Assembly: GCA_965195285.1 (NCBI GenBank)
Contig: CBDAFS010000030.1
Coordinates: 18,967 to 82,966, forward strand
DNA: 64,000 nucleotides
DNA from: an uncultured Aminicenantes bacterium
GTDB taxonomy: Bacteria; Acidobacteriota; Aminicenantia; UBA2199
Direction: 5' to 3'
This document shows, in pieces, positions 47,056 through 57,637 of this stretch. How positions within the stretch are numbered: position 1 is the first letter of the stretch; the number at the start of each line of letters is the position of its first letter. The position numbers and the translations under genes are program-made. The notes below the pieces were generated by a model. The model was not told where the DNA came from and did not search any database. It saw only the letters and a program-made list of their open reading frames with translations.

Positions 47056-48206
47056 TTATTGTTCCGCCGAACCGGAGAATCTCCCGGCATCCGATTTGAT
47101 CAGGGTCTTGAGGTAATAGAAATCATGGCTTTTGATCGGGGTCAGACACACCCGTTTCACCGGGGAAGGAATCAGATCCAGATAGGATTTCAATTCCACA
47201 ATGGGTATCAAACCCGCCGTATCCCAGTCACGACACTGGAGTTTGACCACAAGTTTATCTTTGCAAATCTTCAGGGCATTTTTCACGATTTTTCTAAACA
47301 GTTCCCGGTTTTGGGGTTCGGATAATTTCATCTCTTTCTTCATCTGTCGGTGATAGGACATTAAATATATATAATCAATATCGGTCCCGGCCAGTCTGGC
47401 CAGATCATGAGAATACCAGGCCCTGGACCTTTGAACAAAATAAGGGGTTTCATAGTGAACATTCATGCCGATTTTAATATCCGGATTTATATGCTTACAT
47501 GCCCTGATAATCATGTTCAGCACCTTGATGATTTGATCCACTTTCACCTGCTTCCAATAGCGGCCATATTGAGTTCCGGGATTCATCATCAGACTTTCAT
47601 CGGCCGGATAGCCGGTGGACTGGGTAAAAACCGCCTTGCCCCAGTTGGAAAAGCCCTCATTATAGCGAAGAAAAAAATCATCCTGCAACAGAATCCCCTT
47701 GATCGGCTTGGTAGCCAACTCCCGGTAGACAGCGATTATTTTCTTAATGGCATCCGGATTGAAAATATCAAACTTTCGTACCCGGTACCGGGAACCGTTT
47801 TCAACCATATAATCAAAAAAAGAATCATTGCCAACCCAGTTGAAACGCCGGGTGATCATCCATGCATAGAGATCAACGGGCTGGGAAATGAATTCCGGAA
47901 TCAACCGATCCAGAAACGGACTGATCACCCGAAAGATTGAATTCAGGAAATAGAGGCCTCCCGAATCAGCCTTATCCTGAAAAACCCGGACAATCACTTT
48001 GTCAATCCCCATTTCATGCAAATATCGGTGAGACAATTTGCCGCTGATATTGGCCGAATGGAATTGAACTTCAAACTTACGCAGCCGGTCAGGTTGTTCC
48101 CCGGTTTCCGGCCACAGCCTTGCGCCGGGCTGTATCAGGCACAGGGCACTAAATACAAAAATTCCAATCGCGTGAATGATACTTCTGGATAATATCTTCA
48201 AGTTCA
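47056..48206 (-). CDS. PgaB C-terminal-like glycoside hydrolase domain protein
   Basis: GLYF, YAWM, GIL.QDD, D...LM.Y resemble the PgaB/HmsF C-domain. Start position uncertain. Confidence 0.6.
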
Positions 48207-48931
48207 TTTTTATCTGCTTTGCCAAACTCATATGATTTGAAATCCACACCGATGAAATCCTGAAAACTCTTTACCAGAGGCTCAATCAGGGCATCTCCGG
48301 ATTTATCTGACAACTCGGAAAGGGTAACCATGTTGGCTTCAATGAATGATCTCCGGGAATTTGACCCACCGGCATATAAATCATAGTCCATACTGATGGG
48401 AATGGAACCGTGTTGAAGCAGGGCATGTTTGTCCCTTTTCTGGGCGGACCCCACAATTTTTTTCCCTCTGATCTCAATCTCATTCGGAGTCGGAAATGAA
48501 AAACAGGGACGATTGGATTTGGCCAGACCCGTGGTTTTCCCTTTGGACAGACCGGCCTCCAGTCCGATCATTTTAAAAGCCCTGATAATGACATTTGAAA
48601 TCAGCATATAGGATTTATACAGATCATTTTCCTCGAAAAAAATGGCTTCAGAAGAAACCACCGAATAGGTGATCTCCCGGTGATGCAACACGGTCTTTCC
48701 GCCGGTAATCCTTCTAACATAGGCACAGTCTCTTTTCCGGATAAAATCAATGTTGATGGCCCTGGATATTTTTTGAGAGACTCCAAAGGAAAATGTGGGT
48801 CTTTCCCAGGAATACAGGCGGAAAAAACCACATTTTTCTCGGTGACACATACGGAACAGGTATTCATCCCGGGCCATATTCTCAGCTGCGGAAAACGGCC
48901 GTTCTTCCTGCAGCAAATACCATTCCGGCAT
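48149..48931 (-). CDS. Lipoate-protein ligase A / LipM family
   Basis: NMA.DE, RLY.W..PT.S.G..Q, VRR.TGG..VLH, K.VGSAQ, LQHGSI. Confidence 0.9.
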   Translation of the reverse strand: MPEWYLLQEERPFSAAENMARDEYLFRMCHREKCGFFRLYSWERPTFSFGVSQKISRAINIDFIRKRDCAYVRRITGGKTVLHHREITYSVVSSEAIFFEENDLYKSYMLISNVIIRAFKMIGLEAGLSKGKTTGLAKSNRPCFSFPTPNEIEIRGKKIVGSAQKRDKHALLQHGSIPISMDYDLYAGGSNSRRSFIEANMVTLSELSDKSGDALIEPLVKSFQDFIGVDFKSYEFGKADKNELEDIIQKYHSRDWNFCI

Positions 48932-49389
48932 TATTTTTTTACATCATCACTTTTTTCTTTAACTACTTTGGCCGATAAAGATTCCGAAAGGCTTTTCTTT
49001 TCCTCTTTCATTGACATATCGATATTCCCCTTGAAAATCGCGCCTTCGGCCAGGACCACTCTCTGGGAATTGATGTTGCCATTTAATATGCCCTCGGGTA
49101 AAATTTCAACCTTGGAAGCGGCTTTCACATTGCCGTCAACCTTTCCCTTGATGATGATTTCATTGGCATCGATATCCGCTTTAATGACACCGCTCTTGCC
49201 GATAATCACACGGTGATTGGTATTGATGTGACCGTCAATTTTACCTTCAACCAGCATCTCCTCGGAACTCCGGATACGGCCCTTGATCACCAGGGTTTTG
49301 CCAATTACTGAATGTTCGGAATGGCTGGTTATTTCAGAACCTGTATAACTTTCCTGCTTTGATGTTTCAAAACGTTTGAAAACTGCCAT
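48931..49389 (-). CDS. Bactofilin (polymer-forming cytoskeletal protein)
   Basis: S.IG..L.IKG.I......VEG.I.G.I.....V.IG..G...ADI.A..I.I.G.V.GN. Confidence 0.9.
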   Translation of the reverse strand: MAVFKRFETSKQESYTGSEITSHSEHSVIGKTLVIKGRIRSSEEMLVEGKIDGHINTNHRVIIGKSGVIKADIDANEIIIKGKVDGNVKAASKVEILPEGILNGNINSQRVVLAEGAIFKGNIDMSMKEEKKSLSESLSAKVVKEKSDDVKK

Positions 49390-49430
49390 ATTGACCCCTT
49401 ATAAAAATAAATATCGAATAAACCAGAAAG

Positions 49431-49502
49431 AGCGGGCAACGGGGATCGAACCCGCAACCCTAAGCTTGGGAAGCTTATACTCTACCATTGAGCTATGCCC
49501 GC
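49431..49502 (-). tRNA. tRNA-Gly(CCC), CCA not encoded
   Basis: GCGGGCATAGCTCAATGGTAGAG...TAAGC TT CCC AA GCTTA...GGTTCGATCCC...TGCCCGC T. Confidence 0.95.
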
Positions 49503-49910
49503 CTACTTTTTCGACTTTTTCTTAGCTTTGGATTTTTTATCTTTCTTTTCAAATTTGAAATCTGTAAATTCAATAATGGCCATTTCCGCTCCATCACCCT
49601 TACGGAAATCACTCTTTAAAATTCGGGTATATCCACCCTGCCTGTCCATAAAACGGGGAGCTACCTCATCAAACAACACTTGAACAGCCTTTCTTTTGTA
49701 TAAATATGCGATGGCTCGTCTTTTACTGGCCAGGGTCCCGGATTTACCCAAGGTAATCATCTTCTCCACAATGGGCTTGACAGCTTTGGCCTTGGCTATA
49801 GTGGTCTCAATTCTATTTTTTTCAATCAGACTGGTTGTTAAATTCCGCAGCAACGCTTTTCGACTTGCCGGATTCCTGCCAAGCTTAAAACCTCCCTTAT
49901 TGTGTCTCAT
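49503..49910 (-). CDS. rplQ: 50S ribosomal protein L17
   Basis: MRH...KLGR...RKAL, GGYTRI, R.GD.A.MA. Confidence 0.97.
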   Translation of the reverse strand: MRHNKGGFKLGRNPASRKALLRNLTTSLIEKNRIETTIAKAKAVKPIVEKMITLGKSGTLASKRRAIAYLYKRKAVQVLFDEVAPRFMDRQGGYTRILKSDFRKGDGAEMAIIEFTDFKFEKKDKKSKAKKKSKK

Positions 49911-49913
49911 TTT

Positions 49914-50945
49914 CTACTCCTCTTGCTTCACCATATTGTCGGTATCTTCTTTTTTATATTTTTCATTCAGCTCATTTTTTATATGGTCCGGCACTTTTTG
50001 TCCCAGGGCCAAATCAAAATCACGCAGCTTCTGAATAATCTCTTCAAGTGATTTCTTACCGAAATTCTTGGAATTCAATAACTCATGCTCTGTTTTTTCA
50101 ATGAGTTCATAGATATAATCCACGCTCAGCCGTTTTAAGCATTTCAGTGCCCGAACCGACAACCCCATTGACTCTACGTTTTTCTCCAAAAATTCTGACT
50201 TCTTTTCGATCCCGAATCCAGCTTCCTGCTCAACATCCGGCAACAGGCTCTCCTTATCTTGGTAATCCAGGAAAATAGCCAAGTGGTCCCTCAGAATTTT
50301 GCCGGCCATGGAGATGGTTTCTTGGGGAGAAATGCTCTTGTTGGTCCAAATTTCCATGGTCAGTTTTTCAAAATCTGTCGTTTTTCCAACCCGGGCCGGC
50401 TCAATGTTGTACTTTACTTTCTCGACCGGATTGAAATTGGCATCCAGGGGAATAAAATCAACCGATAGGTTTTCATCATAATTTTGTTCGGCCAATTTAA
50501 AGCCGACATTTTTTTTTATCCACAACTCCGCCTGAAATTTTCCCCCTTCCTCAAGATAGGCAATATGAATATTTTTATCCAATATTTCCACATCACTATC
50601 ACTCACAATATCGCCGGATAAAATTTCTCCCGGTCCTTTTTTTTCAATGGTAACCATCCGGGGTTCATCCACATTCAATTTAAAGGGTATGCACTTTAAA
50701 TTCAGAATGATATTCAGCACATCCTCATAGACGCCTGGAATAACCGAAAACTCATGCAACACACCATCTATTCTGACTGCGGTTATGGCTTCGCCTTCGA
50801 TCATGGAAAGCAATACCCGCCGGATGGCAATTCCAATGGTACTGCCATAACCCCGTTCAAAAGGCTCGGCAACAAATTTTCCGTAGTTTGATGTTAATTC
50901 CTCAACCTTCAATCTCCGAGGTCTCTGAAAATTAAAATTCATCAT
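49914..50945 (-). CDS. rpoA: RNA polymerase alpha subunit
   Basis: EPFERGYG, IDGVLHEF, LSVRA..CL, NFGKKSL.EI. Confidence 0.97.
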   Translation of the reverse strand: MMNFNFQRPRRLKVEELTSNYGKFVAEPFERGYGSTIGIAIRRVLLSMIEGEAITAVRIDGVLHEFSVIPGVYEDVLNIILNLKCIPFKLNVDEPRMVTIEKKGPGEILSGDIVSDSDVEILDKNIHIAYLEEGGKFQAELWIKKNVGFKLAEQNYDENLSVDFIPLDANFNPVEKVKYNIEPARVGKTTDFEKLTMEIWTNKSISPQETISMAGKILRDHLAIFLDYQDKESLLPDVEQEAGFGIEKKSEFLEKNVESMGLSVRALKCLKRLSVDYIYELIEKTEHELLNSKNFGKKSLEEIIQKLRDFDLALGQKVPDHIKNELNEKYKKEDTDNMVKQEE

Positions 50946-50952
50946 TTCCTCC

Positions 50953-51585
50953 TTATTTGGAATACAATTCAACAATCAGGTGCTCCTCAACATCCAGTGA
51001 CACATCTTCCCTTTTGGGAATACTGTTCACCTTACCGGTAAATTTATCACCATCCACCACCAGCCATTCAGGAACTTCTACCAGTCCCTTCAAATCTTCA
51101 AGTATGGTTTTAATACTTTCGTTCTTAGTTGATTTTTCTGAGAAACGGATCTCGTCATCCAAGCAAAGCTGATAGGACGGAATGGTTACTTTCTTTCCAT
51201 TCACAGTGAGATGTCCGTGCCGGATGATCTGTCTGGCGTGAGCCCTGGAATAGGCAAAATTCATTCGATAGAGAATATTGTCGAATCTCAACTCCAGAGT
51301 TCTCAGAAGGGTCTCACCGGTAATACCTTTCTTTTGAGCTGCCTTTTGGAAAATATTCCGGAATGGTTTTTCTCCAATCCCGTAAAATCGTTTCACTTTT
51401 TGTTTTTCCCGGAGCTGAATCTTATAATTCGATTTCCGGTAAGAAACCCTGGATCCCCGGTGTCCGGGAGGATAACTTCTACGATCCAATCCGCATTTTT
51501 CAGTCAAACATCTCTTGCCTTTTAGAAAAAGTTTGGTGCCTTCAGCCCTGCATAACCTGCACAATGGCCCGTTGTATTTTCCCAC
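50953..51585 (-). CDS. rpsD: 30S ribosomal protein S4
   Basis: CRLCR.EG.KLFLKG.RC, QLREKQK, IVELYSK. Confidence 0.97.
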   Translation of the reverse strand: MGKYNGPLCRLCRAEGTKLFLKGKRCLTEKCGLDRRSYPPGHRGSRVSYRKSNYKIQLREKQKVKRFYGIGEKPFRNIFQKAAQKKGITGETLLRTLELRFDNILYRMNFAYSRAHARQIIRHGHLTVNGKKVTIPSYQLCLDDEIRFSEKSTKNESIKTILEDLKGLVEVPEWLVVDGDKFTGKVNSIPKREDVSLDVEEHLIVELYSK

Positions 51586-51597
51586 TATATTTCCTCC

Positions 51598-51993
51598 TTA
51601 AACCCTTCTTTTCTTTCTCGGTCTGCAACCATTATGGGGTATCGGGGTGATATCCTTTATTGTTTTTACTTTAAAAGGAGTTCCCCCAACTGTTCGGATC
51701 GCACTTTCACGACCGGATCCGGGTCCCTTCACCCTGATATCCAGGGTTTTTATTCCGAAATTCTGCGCAGCATTCAATGCCTTCTCAGCTGCCAACTGGG
51801 CGGCAAACGGGGTGGATTTACGTGAACCCTTGAATCCCACCACACCCCCGGTTGACCAGGTCAGGACATTTCCATTCTGATCGGTGATGGTAATGATGGT
51901 ATTGTTAAAAGTCGAATAAATATACATGATTCCATGAGACACGCTTTTCTTTTCTTTTTTGGATGTTTTCTTTCCCATTTTCTTTTTATCCAT
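51598..51993 (-). CDS. rpsK: 30S ribosomal protein S11
   Basis: [26 protein letters not shown]. Confidence 0.97.
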   Translation of the reverse strand: MDKKKMGKKTSKKEKKSVSHGIMYIYSTFNNTIITITDQNGNVLTWSTGGVVGFKGSRKSTPFAAQLAAEKALNAAQNFGIKTLDIRVKGPGSGRESAIRTVGGTPFKVKTIKDITPIPHNGCRPRKKRRV

Positions 51994-52068
51994 ATTTTTC
52001 CTCCGTCGGCATAAATAAACTTACTGAGTCCAGGTCGCATATTGCCTTATTGATTGTATTCAGATTTT

Positions 52069-52440
52069 TCATACTCTTTTCTTTTTGATCATGGCCCCTC
52101 TGGGTCCTTTCCGGGTCCGTGCATTGGTTTTGGTTCGCTGACCGCGTACCGGTAGTCCCCGTTTATGTCGGCGGCCCCGATAACTGTTGATATCCATCAA
52201 CCGTTTGATATCCTGATTGATCCGCTTTCTCAAATCTCCTTCAACCATTTCGGAAGATTCAATATGCTTTCTGATTCGGCCGAGTTCATCAGCGGATAAA
52301 TCCTTGATCTTTTTGTTCAGATCGATTTTGGTTTCGTTTAAAATTTCTTTTGACTTGGGTCTGCCAATGCCAAAAACATAGGTCAATCCGATTTCAACTC
52401 TTTTATTATTGGAAATTTCAACTCCTGCAATTCGTGCCAT
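52069..52440 (-). CDS. rpsM: 30S ribosomal protein S13
   Basis: [25 protein letters not shown]. Confidence 0.97.
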   Translation of the reverse strand: MARIAGVEISNNKRVEIGLTYVFGIGRPKSKEILNETKIDLNKKIKDLSADELGRIRKHIESSEMVEGDLRKRINQDIKRLMDINSYRGRRHKRGLPVRGQRTKTNARTRKGPRGAMIKKKRV

Positions 52441-52450
52441 AATAACCTCC

Positions 52451-52564
52451 TTACCCCTGTCTCTGCTTATGCTTGGGATCTCTACAAATAACGCGTACGA
52501 CACCCTTTCTCTTGATAATTTTGCATTTATCGCATATTTTTTTAACCGATGCCCTTACTTTCAT
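52451..52564 (-). CDS. rpmJ: 50S ribosomal protein L36
   Basis: Below the ORF-track cutoff; translates to [37 protein letters not shown]. Confidence 0.97.
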   Translation of the reverse strand: MKVRASVKKICDKCKIIKRKGVVRVICRDPKHKQRQG

Positions 52565-52573
52565 GTTTGCCTC

Positions 52574-52801
52574 CTACTTAAACCGGTAAATAATCCTTCC
52601 TCGGGTAATATCATAGGGTGATATCTCAATGAGTATTTTATCTCCCTGTAAAATTCTGATGTTGTTCCTTCTCATCTTTCCGGATGGATGGGCCAGAATC
52701 CGATGGTGATTGTTTTCCAGTTCCACCAGAAACATGGCATTGGGTAATGATTCAAGGATCATCCCCTTTACTTCAATTACTTCTTTATTCTTGGCTGCCA
52801 T
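52574..52801 (-). CDS. infA: Translation initiation factor IF-1
   Basis: E.LPNA.F.VELEN, SGKMR..IRIL.GD, SPYD.TRGRI. Confidence 0.97.
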   Translation of the reverse strand: MAAKNKEVIEVKGMILESLPNAMFLVELENNHHRILAHPSGKMRRNNIRILQGDKILIEISPYDITRGRIIYRFK

Positions 52802-53550
52802 TATAACCTCGTCATTATTTCAGGACCATTTTCGGTAATGGCAACGGTATGTTCATAATGAGCGGATAAACTTCCGTCAACAGTAACCACTGTCCAGTTA
52901 TCATTCAGCGTTTTCACCTCGTAAGAACCATTGGTAATCATGGGTTCGATCGACAAGGTCATGTTTGCTTTCAACTTGGGTCCCTTGATTCCGCAATTAA
53001 AATTCAAAATCTGGGGTTCCTCATGCAACGAACGTCCAATACCATGTCCGGTTAAATCACGAACGATTTCATAATCTTTTGAGCGGACACATTTATCTAT
53101 GGCATTCGATATATCACTGACACGGTTTCCCTCTCTGGCCTGTTCAATCCCCTTATAGAGGGAATCCCTGCAGGTGCCCATTAAACCCGAAGCATTACTC
53201 GAAATATTTCCAACCGGATATGTCCAGGCCCCATCACCATAAAAATCCTTATAAATACAGCCCACATCGATTCCAATAATATCACCCTCCTGGAGTTTCC
53301 GGGTCTTTAAAGGAATTCCATGAACGACTTCATTGTTTATTGAGGTACACAGGGTAGCGGGAAATCCCCGGTATCCCTTAAATGCCGGTTTGGCTTTCAT
53401 GTCCAGGATATGGATTTCAGCCCATTGATCAAGCTCATAAGTGGTGGTACCGGGTTTAATGATACTCTCGATATCATTCAGTATCACAGCGATAATCCGG
53501 TTGGCTTCTCTCATCAATTTCAGCTCGCTATCGGTTTTGAGTATGATCAA
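52801..53550 (-). CDS. map: Methionine aminopeptidase type I
   Basis: [26 protein letters not shown]. Confidence 0.96.
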   Translation of the reverse strand: MIILKTDSELKLMREANRIIAVILNDIESIIKPGTTTYELDQWAEIHILDMKAKPAFKGYRGFPATLCTSINNEVVHGIPLKTRKLQEGDIIGIDVGCIYKDFYGDGAWTYPVGNISSNASGLMGTCRDSLYKGIEQAREGNRVSDISNAIDKCVRSKDYEIVRDLTGHGIGRSLHEEPQILNFNCGIKGPKLKANMTLSIEPMITNGSYEVKTLNDNWTVVTVDGSLSAHYEHTVAITENGPEIMTRL

Positions 53551-53571
53551 TTCAATCCCCTCAATTTTCCT

Positions 53572-54957
53572 CTACCGTCTCCCCCGGATTCGCCCCTTTC
53601 TTGAAAAACTCTCATAATTCCGCATGGTCAGCTGAGCTTCAATCTGCTGCACGGTATCCATGGCCACTCCCACCACAATCAGGATCGAAGTGCCTCCAAA
53701 ATAAAATTGTACCCCCATTCCCTCGTAGAATATTTTCGGTAAATTGGCTTCCAGAAAATCCCCGATAAACGGAATAGCACCCACCTTGAACCCGGTCATC
53801 AAAAATTCAGGGATCAATGCCACCAGGGCCAGATATATCGCCCCGATAAAAGTGAGTCTGGATAGTACACTGTCGATATATTCGGAGGTGTTTTTCCCGG
53901 CCCTGATTCCCGGTATAAACCCACCATATTTTTTCAAATTATCTGATACATCTTGGGGATTGAAAATAATGGATACGTAAAAATAGGTAAAGAAAACAAT
54001 GGCAGTGATATAAATCAGGTTATACAGGGGCATACCCAAACCCAGCTGACTTTGGATACTTTGGGCAATTGGATGCTTGATAAACCCGGCAATGGTTGCC
54101 GGAAAAGTGGTTACCGAAGCGGCAAAGATAATGGGAATGACTCCGCCGGTATTCACCTTCAGCGGTAAAAAAGTACTTTGACCGCCCATCATTCTTCTGC
54201 CCTGTATCCTTTTGGCATATGAGATGGGAATTCGCCGCTGACCCATTTCAACAAAAACAATAAATCCGATAACACCCACCATCAAAGCAAGCAAAAACAG
54301 GATTTTCAGGGGATTCATGTCTCCGGTTTGGAGTCCCTCCAGGGTACCGACGGCACCGGGTACCATACCCACTACAATCCCGGCAAAAATAATCAGTGAA
54401 ATACCGTTTCCGATTCCACGCTCGGATATTTGCTCACCCAGCCACATGATGAAAACCGTTCCGGTTGTCAGGGTGAGGATGGTGAGAAACCGGAACCCCC
54501 AGCCTGGATTCAATACGACCGGCAGGCCTCCGGTGGCACTTCCACCCATTTTCTCCAATCCATAGGCAATTCCGAATCCCTGGACCAAACAGATCAATAC
54601 GGTACCATATCTGGTGTATTGGGTAATTTTTTTCCGGCCCAGATCGCCTTCCTTTGAAATCTTTTCCAGATAAGGCCATACCACCTGAAGTAGCTGAAGA
54701 ATGATCGAGGCACTGATATAGGGCATAATCCCCAAGGCAAAGATGGTCATTCTTGACATGTTCCTTCCGGAAAACATATCCAAGAAACCCAGAATGGTTC
54801 CCTTGGCGTTTTCGAAAAACATCGCCAGAGCTTCCATGTTAATTCCGGGAATAATGATCTGGGAACCGATCCGGTAAACCGCCAGCATCAGAAAAGTAAA
54901 AATAACCCTTTTTCTCAATTCGGGAATAATGAAAATATTTCGAATGAATGTAATCAC
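53572..54957 (-). CDS. secY: Preprotein translocase SecY
   Basis: FALGIMPYISASII, GIGNGISLII, GVIPIIFA, GGTS.LIVVGV. Confidence 0.98.
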   Translation of the reverse strand: MITFIRNIFIIPELRKRVIFTFLMLAVYRIGSQIIIPGINMEALAMFFENAKGTILGFLDMFSGRNMSRMTIFALGIMPYISASIILQLLQVVWPYLEKISKEGDLGRKKITQYTRYGTVLICLVQGFGIAYGLEKMGGSATGGLPVVLNPGWGFRFLTILTLTTGTVFIMWLGEQISERGIGNGISLIIFAGIVVGMVPGAVGTLEGLQTGDMNPLKILFLLALMVGVIGFIVFVEMGQRRIPISYAKRIQGRRMMGGQSTFLPLKVNTGGVIPIIFAASVTTFPATIAGFIKHPIAQSIQSQLGLGMPLYNLIYITAIVFFTYFYVSIIFNPQDVSDNLKKYGGFIPGIRAGKNTSEYIDSVLSRLTFIGAIYLALVALIPEFLMTGFKVGAIPFIGDFLEANLPKIFYEGMGVQFYFGGTSILIVVGVAMDTVQQIEAQLTMRNYESFSRKGRIRGRR

Positions 54958-55409
54958 TGATCCTTTCCTCCAATAATTATGGCTTCACTTCCGCTCTTTT
55001 CAATTTTTTCCAAGGCAGTCTTTGAAAAACGGTGGGCATGAATCTTTACCTTCCTGGAAAAATCCCCATTACCAAGAACCTTGATTTTCAAACGTTTGTT
55101 TCGGGCCAATCGCCTTTCAAAAAAATCTTCTTCTTTGATTTCCTTCAAATCGATCTTTTCAATCGACTCCAAATTAACGATATTGTACTCGGTCCGGAAT
55201 ATATTGGTGAATCCTCGTTTCGGAATCCTTCTGACCAGGGGCATCTGTCCACCCTCAAATGCCCGCTTACGTGAATAACCGCTTCTGGATTTTTGTCCAT
55301 TCATTCCCCGTCCAGCGGTTTTTCCAAATCCGGATCCGGGACCCCTTCCCACTCGCTTCCTATTTTTAACCGCACCCTTGGCCGGTTTCAGGTTTGCCAG
55401 TGTAATCAT
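54954..55409 (-). CDS. rplO: 50S ribosomal protein L15
   Basis: RVGRG.GSG.GKT.GRG, FEGGQMPL.RR.PKRGF. Confidence 0.97.
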   Translation of the reverse strand: MITLANLKPAKGAVKNRKRVGRGPGSGFGKTAGRGMNGQKSRSGYSRKRAFEGGQMPLVRRIPKRGFTNIFRTEYNIVNLESIEKIDLKEIKEEDFFERRLARNKRLKIKVLGNGDFSRKVKIHAHRFSKTALEKIEKSGSEAIIIGGKDQ

Positions 55410-55612
55410 GACTTTACCTCCTTAACCTCAAGCATGAAATCAACTTTCTGGATCATTCCGAGAATTTCGGGCCTCTTTTCCCGGATCACTTTGGAATTGA
55501 TCTTTCTCAACCCCAGTCCAGAAATCACTGCCCGCTGTTTTTTAGTTCGTCCGATCATGCTCTTGGTTAATGTAATTTCAATAAGAGGGAACTGCTTTTT
55601 CTTTACTGCCAT
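55406..55612 (-). CDS. rpmD: 50S ribosomal protein L30
   Basis: ITL.KS.IG, LGLRKI, GMI.KV; operon position. Confidence 0.93.
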   Translation of the reverse strand: MAVKKKQFPLIEITLTKSMIGRTKKQRAVISGLGLRKINSKVIREKRPEILGMIQKVDFMLEVKEVKS

Positions 55613-56103
55613 AGTTCCTCCTCACTGAGATTTCTTTTCGCTTTTATGGATTCCGGATCGTTTAAAGATTGCAATCCGGAGATGGTGGCACGGGCCACAG
55701 TCAATATATTCTTGCTCCTCAAGCTCTTGGTCAGGATATTACGAATTCCGGCCAATTCCATCACCACCCTCACCGATCCGCCGGCAATCACCCCGGTACC
55801 CGGAGAGGCGGGCCTCAGAACGACTCGGGCACTTCCGAATTCTCCAATGGTATAGTACGGAATGGTATCCTTTACGATGGGTACTTCAACCAAATTCTTC
55901 TTGGCATCGCTTACCGCTTTCTTTATGGCGAGGGGAACCTCCCGGGCTTTACCGGTACCCAGGCCTACTTTGCCCTTCTTGTCTCCAACCACCACAGCGG
56001 CTGAAAACCTGAGATTTTTTCCACCTTTCACGACTTTGGTAACCCTTCTGATCGATATCACTTTTTCTTCTAATAAAACGTCGAGTTCATCTGCATTAAA
56101 CAC
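55603..56103 (-). CDS. rpsE: 30S ribosomal protein S5
   Basis: [29 protein letters not shown]. Confidence 0.97.
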   Translation of the reverse strand: MFNADELDVLLEEKVISIRRVTKVVKGGKNLRFSAAVVVGDKKGKVGLGTGKAREVPLAIKKAVSDAKKNLVEVPIVKDTIPYYTIGEFGSARVVLRPASPGTGVIAGGSVRVVMELAGIRNILTKSLRSKNILTVARATISGLQSLNDPESIKAKRNLSEEELWQ

Positions 56104-56113
56104 TGTTGACTCC

Positions 56114-56488
56114 TTAAAATTTTATTCCGTTCTTTCGGACACTATCCGCAAAATGTTTGACCCGACCTTTGAAATCGTACACGTTCCGGTCAAAAACAAC
56201 AGATTTGATCTTTTTCTTTTTCATTCGTTCAGCCATCACTTTCCCCATTATCTCGGCGGCTTCCTGGTCTTTCCGGCTTTTCAGTTTTGAACTCACTTCC
56301 TTTTCCAGAGTGGAAACGTGAGTCAGAATCTTGCTGTTGGAATCATCATAAACCTGGGCATACAAATACTTATTACTTCTGAAAATTACCAGCCTCGGTC
56401 TCTCTGAAGTACCAGATATTTTTTTCCGGATGGATTTTCTGATTCTCTGCTTTCTCTTGTTTTTCAAAACATGTTTGGGTGTTATCAT
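56114..56488 (-). CDS. rplR: 50S ribosomal protein L18
   Basis: GT.ERPRL..FRSN, VVFDR. Confidence 0.96.
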   Translation of the reverse strand: MITPKHVLKNKRKQRIRKSIRKKISGTSERPRLVIFRSNKYLYAQVYDDSNSKILTHVSTLEKEVSSKLKSRKDQEAAEIMGKVMAERMKKKKIKSVVFDRNVYDFKGRVKHFADSVRKNGIKF

Positions 56489-56492
56489 CTAA

Positions 56493-57026
56493 TTATACTC
56501 CTACTGTCTTTCTCATTTTCTTTCTTAAATACTGGCCCTCAAGCCTGATTCCCTTTAGTTTATAGGGCTCCACCGGCCTGATTTTCTGAATATTGGCGCA
56601 GACCTGGCCCAGAAGCTGCTTATCATGGGAATGAAGGGTAAAACCACCAGGGTTTTCCTGTGAGGCGGTCACACCTTCGGGCAACTTGAAGTCAACCGGG
56701 TGGGACAGACCAACCTGTAAATTAATAATATCTCCTTTGACTGTCGAACGCCAGCCCTTTCCCACAATTTCCAGTTTTTTAGAATAACCACGGGTAACCC
56801 CGATGACCGCATTATTGATCAGACTCCAGGTCAAACCATGAAATGCTTTATCGGAATCCAGTTTACGGTTCACAAAGATTTTATTGTCCTCAACCTTGAC
56901 TTCAATTTCCTCTCTGATACTCACCATGAGCTCACCCTTGGGACCCTTTACCTTCAACTTGCCTTTATCCAATTCGGTTGATACCGAACTTTCAAATTCA
57001 ATTGGTTTTGCTGCCAGTCTGGACAT
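56493..57026 (-). CDS. rplF: 50S ribosomal protein L6
   Basis: MSR....PI, VKGPKGEL, G.SHPV, EPYK.KGI. Confidence 0.96.
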   Translation of the reverse strand: MSRLAAKPIEFESSVSTELDKGKLKVKGPKGELMVSIREEIEVKVEDNKIFVNRKLDSDKAFHGLTWSLINNAVIGVTRGYSKKLEIVGKGWRSTVKGDIINLQVGLSHPVDFKLPEGVTASQENPGGFTLHSHDKQLLGQVCANIQKIRPVEPYKLKGIRLEGQYLRKKMRKTVGV

Positions 57027-57034
57027 GGTTCCTC

Positions 57035-57430
57035 CTACCATATGTATATTAAAACTTCTCCACCGATTCTATTTTTTTTACACTCTTTTCCGGTCATTAA
57101 CCCCTTTGGAGTGGATAAAATCGCCAGGCCCAATCCACCCAGGACCTCGGGAATATGGTCAACATCCGCATGTACCCGAAGACCGGGTTTTGAAATCTTC
57201 TTTAAACCTTCAATAACATTCTTGTTTTTGCTTTCATATTTCAGATCAATAAAAATATTTCCCGGGAATTCCTTTTCGACTTTGAAATCGGAAATGTACC
57301 CCTCTCGCTTGAAGATTTTCGAAATCTCTAACTTGATTTTTGACAACGGAATGGTAACATCTTTCTTTTCGACCATTATGGCATTTCTTATTCTTGTTAA
57401 CATATCAGCAATCGGATCAGTATGGCTCAT
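57035..57430 (-). CDS. rpsH: 30S ribosomal protein S8
   Basis: DPIADMLTRIRNA, SKPGLR, GGEVL. Confidence 0.97.
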   Translation of the reverse strand: MSHTDPIADMLTRIRNAIMVEKKDVTIPLSKIKLEISKIFKREGYISDFKVEKEFPGNIFIDLKYESKNKNVIEGLKKISKPGLRVHADVDHIPEVLGGLGLAILSTPKGLMTGKECKKNRIGGEVLIYIW

Positions 57431-57439
57431 CTCAACTCC

Positions 57440-57625
57440 TTACCAAGATGCTTTGGTGACACCTGGGACTTCTCCTTTTAACGACAATTCTCTGAAACAC
57501 AGCCGGCACAATTCGAATTTCTTATAAACGGCCCTTGGTCTTCCACAGATACGACACCGGGTCTTATGTCTGACCTTGAACTTTTTTGGTTTATTGGCTT
57601 TTGCAATAGTTGATTTCTTTGCCAC
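57440..57625 (-). CDS. rpsZ: 30S ribosomal protein S14, zinc-binding type Z
   Basis: 61 aa, RCRICGRP...CRLCFRE...PGV.KASW. Confidence 0.96.
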   Translation of the reverse strand: MAKKSTIAKANKPKKFKVRHKTRCRICGRPRAVYKKFELCRLCFRELSLKGEVPGVTKASW

Positions 57626-57637
57626 CTTGTCCTCCTT

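Noticed and set aside
49431-49502. tRNA as an integration site for an island
   Set aside because: No integrase and no duplicated tRNA 3' end seen; downstream genes look like housekeeping or envelope genes.
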